DNA of 62,069 bases, filler included, from Choristocarpus tenellus KU-1152 (Eukaryota > Protista > Phaeophyceae): assembly GCA_964200185.2 (NCBI GenBank). It is 14 parts of 14 records of this genome, joined end to end, with 100 filler letters (N's around TTAATTAATTAA, not from the genome) between each part and the next. Parts side by side here need not be neighbours in the genome. Positions count along the whole stretch, not along the records: positions 40,094 to 43,018 come from CAXNAD020023608.1; positions 43,119 to 47,211 come from CAXNAD020016259.1; positions 47,312 to 50,953 come from CAXNAD020018783.1; 11 more parts are not named here. The stretch is one strand, 5' to 3'. Numbering within the stretch: position 1 is the stretch's first letter; the number at the start of each line of letters is the position of its first letter. A program made the position numbers and the translations under genes. Shown here in pieces: positions 40,284 through 51,053 of the stretch. Under the pieces are notes generated by a model, which did not search any database, was not told the DNA's origin, and saw only the letters and a list, made by a program, of their open reading frames with translations.

Positions 40284-43018
40284 ATGGAGACCCTGGAGCG
40301 GGTAAACATCACCACAGTGAAGAAGGTCCTAGGCAGGCTTCACATCGCCCATACAATCGCCCTCATGCACACAGTGGATCTCCTGATACATGAGGTAACT
40401 GCCCCAAGGCTGGAGGGAGGGACACCAACAATAGGGGTCATCAGAGCATCCAAACTCTTCCACATGATCTCTGGCCTCTTACTGGTAAATGATGGAAAGT
40501 TCTCGAGGGAGGAAAGATTTGCCTGGGTGGCTTCAGGGAACATCCAAGAGTTAGTTGCATGGTTACTTGAATGATCCCAGAGGACCAGTAGACGTAGGGA
40601 GGCCCCTGCAGAGGACCCCAAATCCCGCCAGGAACGTGCTGTAGCTCTGGGTCACTACCACGGAGGAATTTCCAAGGGGGCGAGCGTGCTCCTAGCACAA
40701 CCCAGAGCCTCAGGGATGGAGGAAACTTTCAATGTACTGGTCGCTAAACACCCGAGTCAGAACTAAGACGAGCTTAGGCAGGCCATCACGGACGCAAAAG
40801 ACAGGGTACATGGGAATGCGAGATCTGGGGAACAAAGGTACTGCCCCCCTGAAGGGGAGTACACCCCCACCTCCTTTCGAAAAGCCTTCATGAGTGCTAG
40901 CAGCAACTCGGCACTAGGCTCTGACGGGATGCGCCCTAGTTTCATCAGATCACCCACCACGACAGATGTTGGTCACGAAGAAGTGGCAGAGGCATTTGCA
41001 AAATTTTGGGAGCTAGCCTACACCTCCCCGGACTCTCTACCCCTAGAGTTCTGGACACTCCACACCAACTCCAGACTGTCCGCAATTGGGGAGAAGTGTT
41101 GCTCGGTCACCTGCGGGTCTTTTTTCAGGAGGGCATGTGCTTTAGCTGTCAGGACAGGATGGCGCCCCTACCTGGAGGAATATTTCGATGGGGTAGGACA
41201 ATTTGGCGTCGGGGTCCCAAATGGCATAGAACGTGCATTCCTGGATATCCGCCTAAGGAATGAATGCGGATAATGGGTCATCAGTGTGGATGAGAGGAAT
41301 GCTTTCAATAGCGTACGTTGCTCAACTTTCATCCAGGCCCTCCCACAGACCCTACCAGGACTCCTACCTTATTCCTCTTAGGTTTATGGGAACACCAGAA
41401 ATCTTCTTTTCCCCCTGGATGAGGGAGGGACGAGGATCCTACCATCAACATCTGGGGCCCAACAGGGAGACCCACTGGGCCTCCTCTTATATTGCATGGC
41501 AACACACAAGGCCTTGCAACAAGTCCAATCAGTCTTTGGACCCCAAGGGATATACTCCCGGAGCTATCTGGAGGACACATCCATATCAGCTAGAGAGATA
41601 AGCCCTAGCACCATAGTTGCTTTCGAGCAGTTAAAAACTGACCACCATGAGATAGGCATTGACCAAAATATGGACAAGATCTTTGCTGCACCTTCCCAGG
41701 GCCACCAACCCATGCCCTTGGAACTGGAACTTCCCTCTACGGCCGTAATCCACCTAGCCCCGAACCCCAATGGTTTTGTCACTCTAGGAGCTCCGGTGGG
41801 AACAGATGGCTTTATTCAAACCCAAATGGCTGAGGTGATCGAGAGCTTTGGTCACACACCTCAGCGAGAAGGAGGACAAGCAGGTGGCCTGGCTCCTCAA
41901 CTCCTGGTCCCTCTCCTCCTGGTCCCTCTCCTCCCAGCTAGGCTATCTAGTGAGGGTCACTCCCCCCCTCCTGGCACGCTCCACCATGGAGCAAGCAGAT
42001 AATACCTCATTATGGACACTAGAGAGGATAATGGAGGTAGCTGACTCGACAGAGGCGACGGATTTCTTCGAGGGAGGGTGTAACAATGGGTCTCTTCACC
42101 TAGAGACCCACCAACAAGTACAGGCACAGATGCCCACAAGTGCGGGGGGTCTGGGCCTCTCCTCTATGAAACACCCCGAACATGCAGCTTTCGTAGGATC
42201 ACTGGTGGCTACTCTCCCTACCCTCCTAGCAAGGCAGCAAGGGCCTCATGGCGAGTCCTTCTTACAAGCTGTTTGCACGAGCCCCACAGTACAGGCTTTA
42301 GGATCGTCCATCCGCACCCTCCTTCCTACAGGTATCCCCTCAGAAGATCTTAACGAAATTATTGGCGAGTGAAAGTATCTTAGAGGGTACGATTTTTGCT
42401 CTGTTTGTCCCTTTGGGTCCTGGCTTCCTACGTTTTTTTTATGACATTTTCCTGCTCCGAAATTTTTTGGACTAGGTAAAATGTATACATTATGTAAAGT
42501 TCTGTCCGGAACAAGGATATTAACACTTGCTAACAAACATGATATAGCCAAAATTACATCAAAATCGCAACATTGGAGTTTGGGCTCCAAATGGACGCGG
42601 CCCAACCCTCTAAGATACTTTGACTCTGGCCAAGACTGGGTAACCTGGGGGGGAACAACATCCCCTGCACCTACCCCAGAGGTCGACATCCTGGCTGCCC
42701 ATGACGCCAGGATCGCGAGGAGGGCTCAACACGAGATCGCACGCCTCCTCAACAAGATCCGTTTTGACACCTTAGGACACAATTGGCTGGCCTTCCAAAT
42801 GAGGCACACCAAGGGAGGGAAAGCTCCTCCTCATTGACCCTAGCGTGCCACCGGAGCAAGTGTGGACAAGGGGCAAACCGTGGGCCTCAACTCAACCTCT
42901 GGAACCAGCATGCCAGATCCCCCCTCTGGAATTCAAGCTCACAGTCAGCAGATCCCTTGGGAGGGAGGAGGCCCTATCCAGCAGGTGTCCAGTGGCAGGG
43001 TGCAGTGGCAGGGTGCAG
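40284..43018 (+). mobile_element. CRE/SLACS-like (RLE clade) non-LTR retrotransposon reverse transcriptase, frameshifted
   Basis: SALGSDGMRP; RLSAIGEK...GSFFRR; QFGVG; VDERNAFNS; QQGDPLG; SYLEDT (degenerate YLDD); LGAPVGT..F; QAQMPTSAGGLGL; AAFVGS. Interrupted by a MITE at 42367-42626. Confidence 0.85.
42367..42626 (+). mobile_element. MITE family A, copy inside the CRE-like ORF
   Basis: TIRs GAGTGAAAGTATCTTAGAGGGT / ACCCTCTAAGATACTTTGACTC; TSD TGGC. Removing the element plus one TSD restores the frame EIIG|QDWVTW. Confidence 0.95.
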
Positions 43019-43118
43019 NNNNNNNNNNNNNNNNNNNNNNNNNNNNNNNNNNNNNNNNNNNNTTAATTAATTAANNNNNNNNNNNNNNNNNNNNNNNNNN
43101 NNNNNNNNNNNNNNNNNN

Positions 43119-43174
43119 ATGAAAAAATTGACCCCAAATGGACAGCCGCCACCCCCTCCCAGATACTTTGAGCC
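43119..43174 (-). mobile_element. MITE family B terminus at contig start
   Basis: Reverse complement reads GGCTCAAAGTATCTGGGAGGGGGTGGCGGCTGTCCATTTGGGGTC. Confidence 0.8.
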
Positions 43175-44456
43175 TGACCATGAGGGGGAAGAACACCAAA
43201 CGCCTTTGCCACATGAACATGTGGTGGTGCTTCAGAGACGCGACGGTAAGAACATCCGAATAGCATGTTTATAGCAGTATGTTTGGCTATGTGCTAACGT
43301 ACTACACTAGATGGGATTGTCATCTTGACTGCGTAAGTTCGGCCTCCTCCATTTGGCCCACATAGATGAGAAATTGGTGGGCCAACATCAAATAGAAACT
43401 ATTGTGAAAATTAGGAAAAGTGCCAGTGAAGTTTGTGGGGCGATTTTCTGAGTAGTGGGGGTACTTTGACCAAAAACAATCGGTTGGTCAATGACTGAAG
43501 AAAAATACATGGAAGAAATGTGCCGTGGCTCCATTAATAGGGTGGGCTTTCCTTGACGGGGGAGGTGGTTCCACAAGCAGTGGTGGTTCCTCCTGCATGG
43601 CCAGATACTTGTGTAGGTGGGGAAGAGAGAGTATCATATACTGCCCCAGTGTTGGTAGGGGAAGGGAGGAATAGGATTAAACTCAACATTCACAGTAGGT
43701 ATCAAATATATGTCCATTGGGAGTGAAGGTACATTGTCGCGTTTCTAGGTTCCCATTGTATATAGGCCATAGAGGTAACACAAGGAAATACACCATATAC
43801 TTCGAAATATTTCTCAATACACAACCAACACCGCAAAATACGCAATTACAAAATAACTGGGGCTAATAAAAGGAATTGATTTTCATCGTTCTCACCACAA
43901 CTCCTCTTCGTACCTCATGAAATCAGGCGGCACTTGTAATATTCACAGAGGTGTGGCCAGTGAGGCAGAGAATGAGTACTTGTTGTACCATTATACAATG
44001 CGTATACTTAAAAAATCAACCCACCTCCTCTTCAATAGCTCCTTGTTTCATACTGGACATAATGTCGAGATGTGAGAAGTGGGGCAGATGATGACTACCC
44101 CCATCCATATGTAATTGATACTTACACGATCTTCACACAACATACAGATGAAGCAGCAAGAGATGGGAGGCGTGAGGTGTGCTCTCCAAAATATGAGATA
44201 AGTGCCATAGATACTATGCCTGGAACATTGGTGAAGTGTGGGAGAGGGCAGGAACAAGCGTAAACATATCTCGAAAATTTAATGTAATTTTGATATTTTA
44301 TTCATTTGAGGGGGGAAAAAATGGTAGAAAATTTGAAGTGAAATCGTGATTTGAGCCTTTTTTTCATTTTTTTTTTTCTCGATGATTGTACCGTGTTCTT
44401 CTTGGTGTCCTAAACAGCACCCAATATGTTTTACTCCTATTTTTTATTGTCCCTAA

Positions 44457-44708
44457 GAGTCAAAGTAAACGAGAGGTACCCAGAGTTGCATTTTGAGGGT
44501 GCTGACAAATGTGTGCAAATTTCGACTTTTATGAATGCGTGTAGGATATTTTATAAGTCGTATCGGAAAGGTTTCAATGAATAGACAAATAAACACTCTC
44601 AATTCAAACTTAGAACTTCATCCATAGAAATACGTGTCAAATGCAAAAGATAATAAAAACACTGGCTCACAATGCAAAGCGACCAAAAACTCTCGTTTAC
44701 TTCGGCCC
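44457..44708 (+). mobile_element. MITE family D, complete copy (252 bp)
   Basis: Left end GAGTCAAAGTAAACGAGAG; right end reverse complement GGGCCGAAGTAAACGAGAG; flanks TAA/TAC. Confidence 0.8.
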
Positions 44709-45176
44709 TACATTTGTTCCTCTGCACTTGTCCTCCTCCTGTGCTGAACTTGTCCCTTGCGCACCACCGTATCGATCCATCTATCTCTCCTCTCTCGATT
44801 TCTCATTCACTGCAACTTCCCCAAAAACATAAACTTGTTGGGTAAACAAGCAATATTCATTCGTTTTAACCAAGCCCCAAAAACGCAGCCTCCGTTTCCA
44901 TATGGCCAGCTCAATGCTCTCCCATCCAGTTCTCACTAGCGCTCCCCTGTATGACAGGGAGTGATCCGTACGTTTCCATTCACGGAGCCAAATGCAGCGC
45001 TGGAGAAATTTGTAATGGTGTATACAGTTTCCAGAGAGTCACAGGCATACATCAGAACTTTGAGCATTTCGACCATCATAATCTTCAGCTCAAGTGATCC
45101 ACGAAATGTTTTGATGTGGGAGTGTACTGAATTGTTTCATGAGGTTGCAATTTCCTCAACGAAGCCAGTTAGAAGT

Positions 45177-45249
45177 GGGGGATTAGGTTAGATGGTAGAG
45201 CGCTTCCTTAACATGGAAGAACTAATCAGATCGATAACTACATTCTTCA
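45177..45249 (+). pseudogene. tRNA-Ala-like pseudogene or SINE head (anticodon now AAC)
   Basis: GGGGGATTAGGTTAGATGGTAGAGCG-CTTCC-TTAACAT-GGAAG...GATCGAT...CATTCTTCA follows the eukaryotic tRNA-Ala(AGC) body. Anticodon stem intact; D and T stems broken. Confidence 0.65.
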
Positions 45250-46410
45250 GTCAAATTTTGGTTTTAGCATCTCATGCCTCTGGCAGTAACTTATAGTCAG
45301 TCGATTTAAGGTGAAAGCAAACTAGAAATGGTTGGGTCACAGACTAATGGAATTGGTTCCGTCAATTCTAAAGGGTTCGCAAAATCAGACTCAAACTCAA
45401 AGACATTTAATTATGTAGGGTGAAGGGGTTAAAGGTTGAAATCGAGGGATCGATGTTTCATTTTTTTAGTCAGCTGTGGATGATGTCAGGTTCTACATAA
45501 TAGATCGAGGAATGTACACCCATCAGTACCTGTAATGTAGTGGATCAATGACTGTGTTTACTAGGGTTGGGTATTTGGGAATCAGGTGAACGTTGTGTTT
45601 TGATTATGTGATTGAGTAAAGCTATATTGTGTTGCCGATGTTTGTTAAGTGGTCTTCGTCCTCGTATTTGTTGATGTGTGGGATGTTCGAAAGTGGAAAA
45701 TACTCTGCAGATAGTGGTAGAATACACAGACAGGCTGATTGCAGAAAGATCATTGGCGAAGTGTTGGGGAAGAAGAGATGAGAAGCGTCAACATTGTGTC
45801 GTACTGTTCCTGGAACATCGGTAAAGTAATGGGCGAGGGCAGAAGCAAGGTGGAAAAATAGTTGGCAATTCGTCTCGTAACTACTGTCTGCCCTAAACAT
45901 TTCTCGAAAATTCAAGAAATACAATGTTTTTGTTTCTATATTTAGAGGACAAAAACATGATTGAAAAATGAAGAGAAAATCGTAATTTCAGAAATTCGTT
46001 CCTTTTCTTGTTGCTTTCGTTTTCTCAATCTTTCCATGTTCTTCACAACGTCCCAAACAGCAATCAAATATTTTGTCCCTATTAAATTTTTGTACCTAAA
46101 CTTTTTCCTGTGCTGAACTTGCCCTTGGTGCATCACAAAGAACATATGGTTTTGGTGCCTCCAAGATGGTTGTAAGGACTTCAACATATCAGCTAAAAAC
46201 TGGGGATTACTTCCAGAAGATTGAGCAACCGATGGTACAGATGTGTGGAGGATGGCCCAAAACACTTCATGGACGTTTGGCATATTGGGAAGAAGTAACT
46301 AGCTGCAGGTCACCATGCAAAATGGTCACAGTCACCTAACACACACATGACACTCCACTGTTGAGTCTCTGACCCAGGATGCTCTACTACTAGGCATTGT
46401 GGTCACTGGG

Positions 46411-46669
46411 GTGCAGAGGGGAAATCCCCTTGTCTTGGTCATGGGGAACCCCCCTGTCTTGGGGAACCCCTCCAGTCTTGGGGAACCACCGCTGTCATAT
46501 TTTTTTCGCCTCTTCAATAAACTTGGAGTTACTTTTCATGCACAGGTTAGGGTCAGGGTTAGGGCTAGGGCTAGGGTTTGGGGTTAGGGATTATTCTTAT
46601 TGTTGTCATTATTATTATTATTATTATTATTATGGGGGTTCCTGAAGACAGGGGAGTTCCGCTCCGCAC
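46411..46669. mobile_element. putative non-autonomous TIR element carrying telomere-like and (TTA)n repeats
   Basis: Left GTGCAGAGGGGAAATCCCCTTGTCTT vs right reverse complement GTGCGGAGCGGAACTCCCCTGTCTT; subterminal GGGGAACCCC repeats; no clear TSD. Confidence 0.5.
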
Positions 46670-47038
46670 TGCAACAATGGTGGCATCTACTTGTTGATTT
46701 GTTGAGTGTGTAGGACACTATGAGCGGATTCATACCTCTCCTTGGACAAATCGTGACACTTGATGCTGGGAGATGGTAACCTGCTCAAGTGCTTTGGAGG
46801 TGGAGTTGACTGGCGGGACTTTCTTATGTTTTGCATTTCTTCCTTCTCTAGATTATTTCTGGATTTTTCTTTGCTCTTCTATATATATTTTGAAACTTCG
46901 TTGTTCTTTTGGCGCAACTTTGTGCAACTTTCCACTTTGTTGCCTTCTACATTGTCGCTTCTGCATTGTCGCCTTCTATCTCTCTGTGTGTTTTTACACT
47001 TCATTTTTTCCCCTTTTGTGTTCTCTTCCTGCATATCA

Positions 47039-47211
47039 GGCTCAAAGTAGCTGGGGGGGGGGGTGGCGGCTGTCCATTTGGGGCCAATTTTTCCATGTCG
47101 CGATTCTTGTGCAATTTCGTTGCATACGTCGGATGGATTTATCCCAAAGTATCTGGGAGGGGAGGGGGGTCTACACTAGGGTGTCCATTTGGACCAAAAT
47201 CAGGAAACGTG
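47039..47211 (+). mobile_element. MITE family B terminus with a nested family C-like terminus (47141), truncated by contig end
   Basis: GGCTCAAAGTAGCTGGGG...GGCTGTCCATTTGGGG, then CCCAAAGTATCTGGGAGGGG...GTGTCCATTTGG. Confidence 0.75.
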
Positions 47212-47312
47212 NNNNNNNNNNNNNNNNNNNNNNNNNNNNNNNNNNNNNNNNNNNNTTAATTAATTAANNNNNNNNNNNNNNNNNNNNNNNNNNNNNNNNN
47301 NNNNNNNNNNNG

Positions 47313-47348
47313 GAATACTGGTCGTCAACCACTGAGCTACAAAGACCC
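47313..47348 (-). other. tRNA-like 5' half (possible SINE head), truncated by linker
   Basis: Reverse complement GGTCTTTGTAGCTCAGTGGTTGACGACC contains a pol III A-box-like TAGCTCAGTGG. Confidence 0.3.
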
Positions 47349-49324
47349 TCAAGTTGGTAACTTACCACTTGCAGGTACAGACACATGCCCCATCATTCAC
47401 AGGTTAAAAAACAAAGGCATTGGATACTCCTTCACCGTAAGGATGGACAGTACTGAGTGATTTCCAACAATATTTCGGCCATGGGGTGGACACAATACCC
47501 ATGCACTCCACTGATGACTGAGTCCTATTTTCTTCCAACAGGCAACTTCCCTTCTTCACACAATACCTTTCTAACTGACAAAAATTGGGAATCCTGGAGG
47601 TAAAGACTCCAAATTTTCTGGAACCATGCTTCTCACAATAATGCAGCACTGATCAAAGCCAAACCAATTGAGAGGTGGGTAAGTTTGAACCCTTTTGCAT
47701 TCCAAGCCATATTTCTTGCCCAGTGCAATACACTCTACTTCATTGCTTTATGGACATAGTAGTGTACACTAATTTGATATCCTCCCTTTACACACACAAA
47801 CTGATACCACAATTCAGCAAAAAGCTCTTTCTACAATTGTACAAAATGGCATTGCTTTGTCATTTCTCTGGATCCTTAAAATTCAACCCCGCCTACCTCT
47901 CAATCGGTTTCACTCTTCCACTAAATAGAACAACACAATACTACAGTGGCAACATCAACACGCCTTAGCAAGATCATATTAATCACTTCCACTACCCTAG
48001 AACCTACAACAATATTTCGTCCATAATGTACATTATCCAAGACAAGATTTTTAAACCGGCTTGCTCAGTCATGGACATCACCATGACAACAATAGGGGGT
48101 CAGTTGCTCTTAAACACTTCTTATCTAGCACTAGACCTGCGTCCAATGTCTCTCGTCAAGGCAATGCCGGAAAAGCCATTGCCTGCAAAACATCCTTCAC
48201 CCAGCAAAAACCCAAAGTCCATCTGGCCCATGGCACCTCTTGCTCAGAGCAATGCCCGCAATCATTTGCTCAAATCATCTATCATTTCACCCCTTTAGAC
48301 TGATCTTTCAAAAGAAGGAAAAACAAAAAAAGAATAAATTTGGCAGAAAAAGAATAATTAACGCGATAAAGAAACCCTGGTGACCGTTGTTCAAGACAAC
48401 CATGGGCGACCCTCAGGACCAGGCCATCTCCCTCAGTAACATAAGCTGTCCAGGACAATGCCTCATTGTCATTTGCTTTGTACTGCATACTTACCACTTC
48501 GAAGCATAATATAATTCTTAAAAGAGGTAACAAGAAACACACGTTATCAACGGTATTTATTGACAGTTGATATTATCAGCACCACCGTAAAATTAGATCA
48601 TTTGTAGCACTGCAGATAGGTAGCAAATTCAACTATACCAGCGCCAGAAAGGACTTCTCGCTCGCACCGAATAGTCCACAAAAAACGTAACCGTTTTAAC
48701 ACTAAACGTAACTGTAAAAACTAAAGACCGAGACTACGCAATGCAAAAGGGCGATGCTGCACCGAAAAACAACAGCACACCCTTTCGAAACGCCCAGGAA
48801 ACTTAAAACAAAACCTCCACGTATAAACAAACACAATTTACACACTGGATACGCAGAACTTCGATGGCGTTTGTCTTTCTTCCCCTCATTCTCTTCTACA
48901 TCACTTTCAACATTTGGACCAGTCCGTCCTCAGGTCTTCTCCACAGGACATCCAACATACACAAAACATTTGCACCACCTACCATCACCTTGAAGGATAA
49001 CAAAAATGTCCACTCAAGATCTCATGCACAACAAAATGAGAAGACCACTGCACCTCATCCACAGCACCAACAATACTGCAATCGGAACACCCATACTCAG
49101 TCAGAGTCCCCCAACCGTGTCCCTTCTTCCAGGAACCCCAGCTTCACAAGGATCAACTCATACACTCTTCTTGTTTCTTACTGTTCCACCCCAATCACAC
49201 CATCTGAAAAATATCGGTAGTGTCAACATAATGCCGTGGACTACATGTATACAGAACACATGACAATTTGAATCATGGAACCCTATCACAATTTACACAA
49301 TGAGTCAAGACAATTCATTGAGAA

Positions 49325-50200
49325 CTGGGTAAGTTCAGGTCCTTTTGCATTCCAAGTCATCTTTCTTGCCCTGTGCAAACACACCTCACTTCATAATGTG
49401 CACATTAGCGCACACAAGATTGATAGTCCCCCTTTCCACACACAAAGTGACACCACAATTCAGCAAATGCTCCCTTCTACTATTGCACGTAATGACAATT
49501 TTATGCTCTTTCTCGACATCCTTAAAATGCAACCCTACCTACCTCTCAATTTGTTTGACTCATGTTTCTCACCAAAATCATTCCGCGCCAAAAAGTGCCA
49601 ATATCTAATAGGGGAACAGGACAGGAACAGGCCTTCCAAACCGGAAAAAAACAAATCATAATTTTTGGAAATTTTGCCATGAGACTTTTTGTCATTAGCA
49701 ATGGGTCAACCCAGTAGTGATTCGAAGAACAGTTTCCCCCAAAAGAGCAAATGAAACATTAAGTTTAGAAGTTATAGAGTCAGTAGAACGGTATGACTGA
49801 ATACAGTGAATAAAAACCATGACAGTATGAAGTATTGAATGTATGTACCATACGCACCACATGTGAATGTTGGCAATGTACCCTATAATGTCAAACCGAT
49901 CCATTGATCCCCCCAAAATATCTCGCTAGCAGGATCCTCCCATTTGTCCTCAAAATCGTCACACTGCCTAGATTATTTCCCTGTATTTCCTTCCCTGGAA
50001 CGAAATCACAGTTTCCCCTTTTTCTGTAACCCCAAAACCGACAATCTCTTGCAGTTCCTAAACTTCGGGGACCATCCTTTTTTTTTTTAACTGTAGAAAA
50101 AGAGGCAAATTCCGATAAATTTTTCTCCACCCCAGAATTTGCTCCATTAAGGTACGACAAGAACACACATGCACACACAGAGATAACCCCCAACGCAAAA
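49325..50200 (-). mobile_element. probable highly decayed piggyBac-like transposase; its 3' part is duplicated at 47676-47900
   Basis: In order on the minus strand: LGTARDCR...KRGNCDF; GGSMDRFD...WY...LH...SY; Cys-rich C-terminus (C....LNCGVTLCV....C...H). 49325-49550 aligns with 47676-47900. Confidence 0.4.
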
Positions 50201-51053
50201 CAAACAGCCTCATTGCAAAAAACGAGCCATTGGATAAGAGGTTACATAGTGCCCCTTCACTCAATACTTGCTGCACCAATATTGCTGTCGAGGTGGAGGG
50301 AAACAGCCACAGACTGAAGAGTATTCAACACCCTGACAACCAAGACGCATGTACCACTCTGGTCATTGGGTTCATCCGAATGCTTGACCGTCAGGCTCGT
50401 CAGATGAAAGCAACAAAATGACCTAGCTTTAGCTTCCTTTAGACCCCTGGTCCAAAACCCCATAGGAAAATGCAGACATCGGACAAATCATGATGTACCT
50501 CATTTTGGCTTCACAAATCAGTACACAAAAAATAAATGTGTACAACTACTTGTACGTGAAGGTTGAGGGAGTGGCAAGGAAGTTCAAATCATCTCTGCCC
50601 AGGGATCTGGAACCACAATTCATGTACTGAGCACAACTCGACGTTGAGGAATGATGTAAAAATCACAATTTATCGATACAACCTTCTTGGTCACTATGTA
50701 CACGTCGTGAATTGACCTGTAGGTATCACTCACCATTGTATCTGCATGAATAAATGATATTTCTCCATCGATGGAGAGAATATGATTACGTATTGGTGAT
50801 CTGTCCCTACCTCATCTCAATATTCAAATCGTATACTCGGACTTAAGAGGAAAGATCCATCGTGTAAAAACCTTGCATTGTGATTTAATAGGAAAGAACG
50901 ACATGTACAAATCTTACGTTTGTTTGTAATTGGGTCAAAGTATCTGGGGGGGGNNNNNNNNNNNNNNNNNNNNNNNNNNNNNNNNNNNNNNNNNNNNTTA
51001 ATTAATTAANNNNNNNNNNNNNNNNNNNNNNNNNNNNNNNNNNNNNNNNNNNN

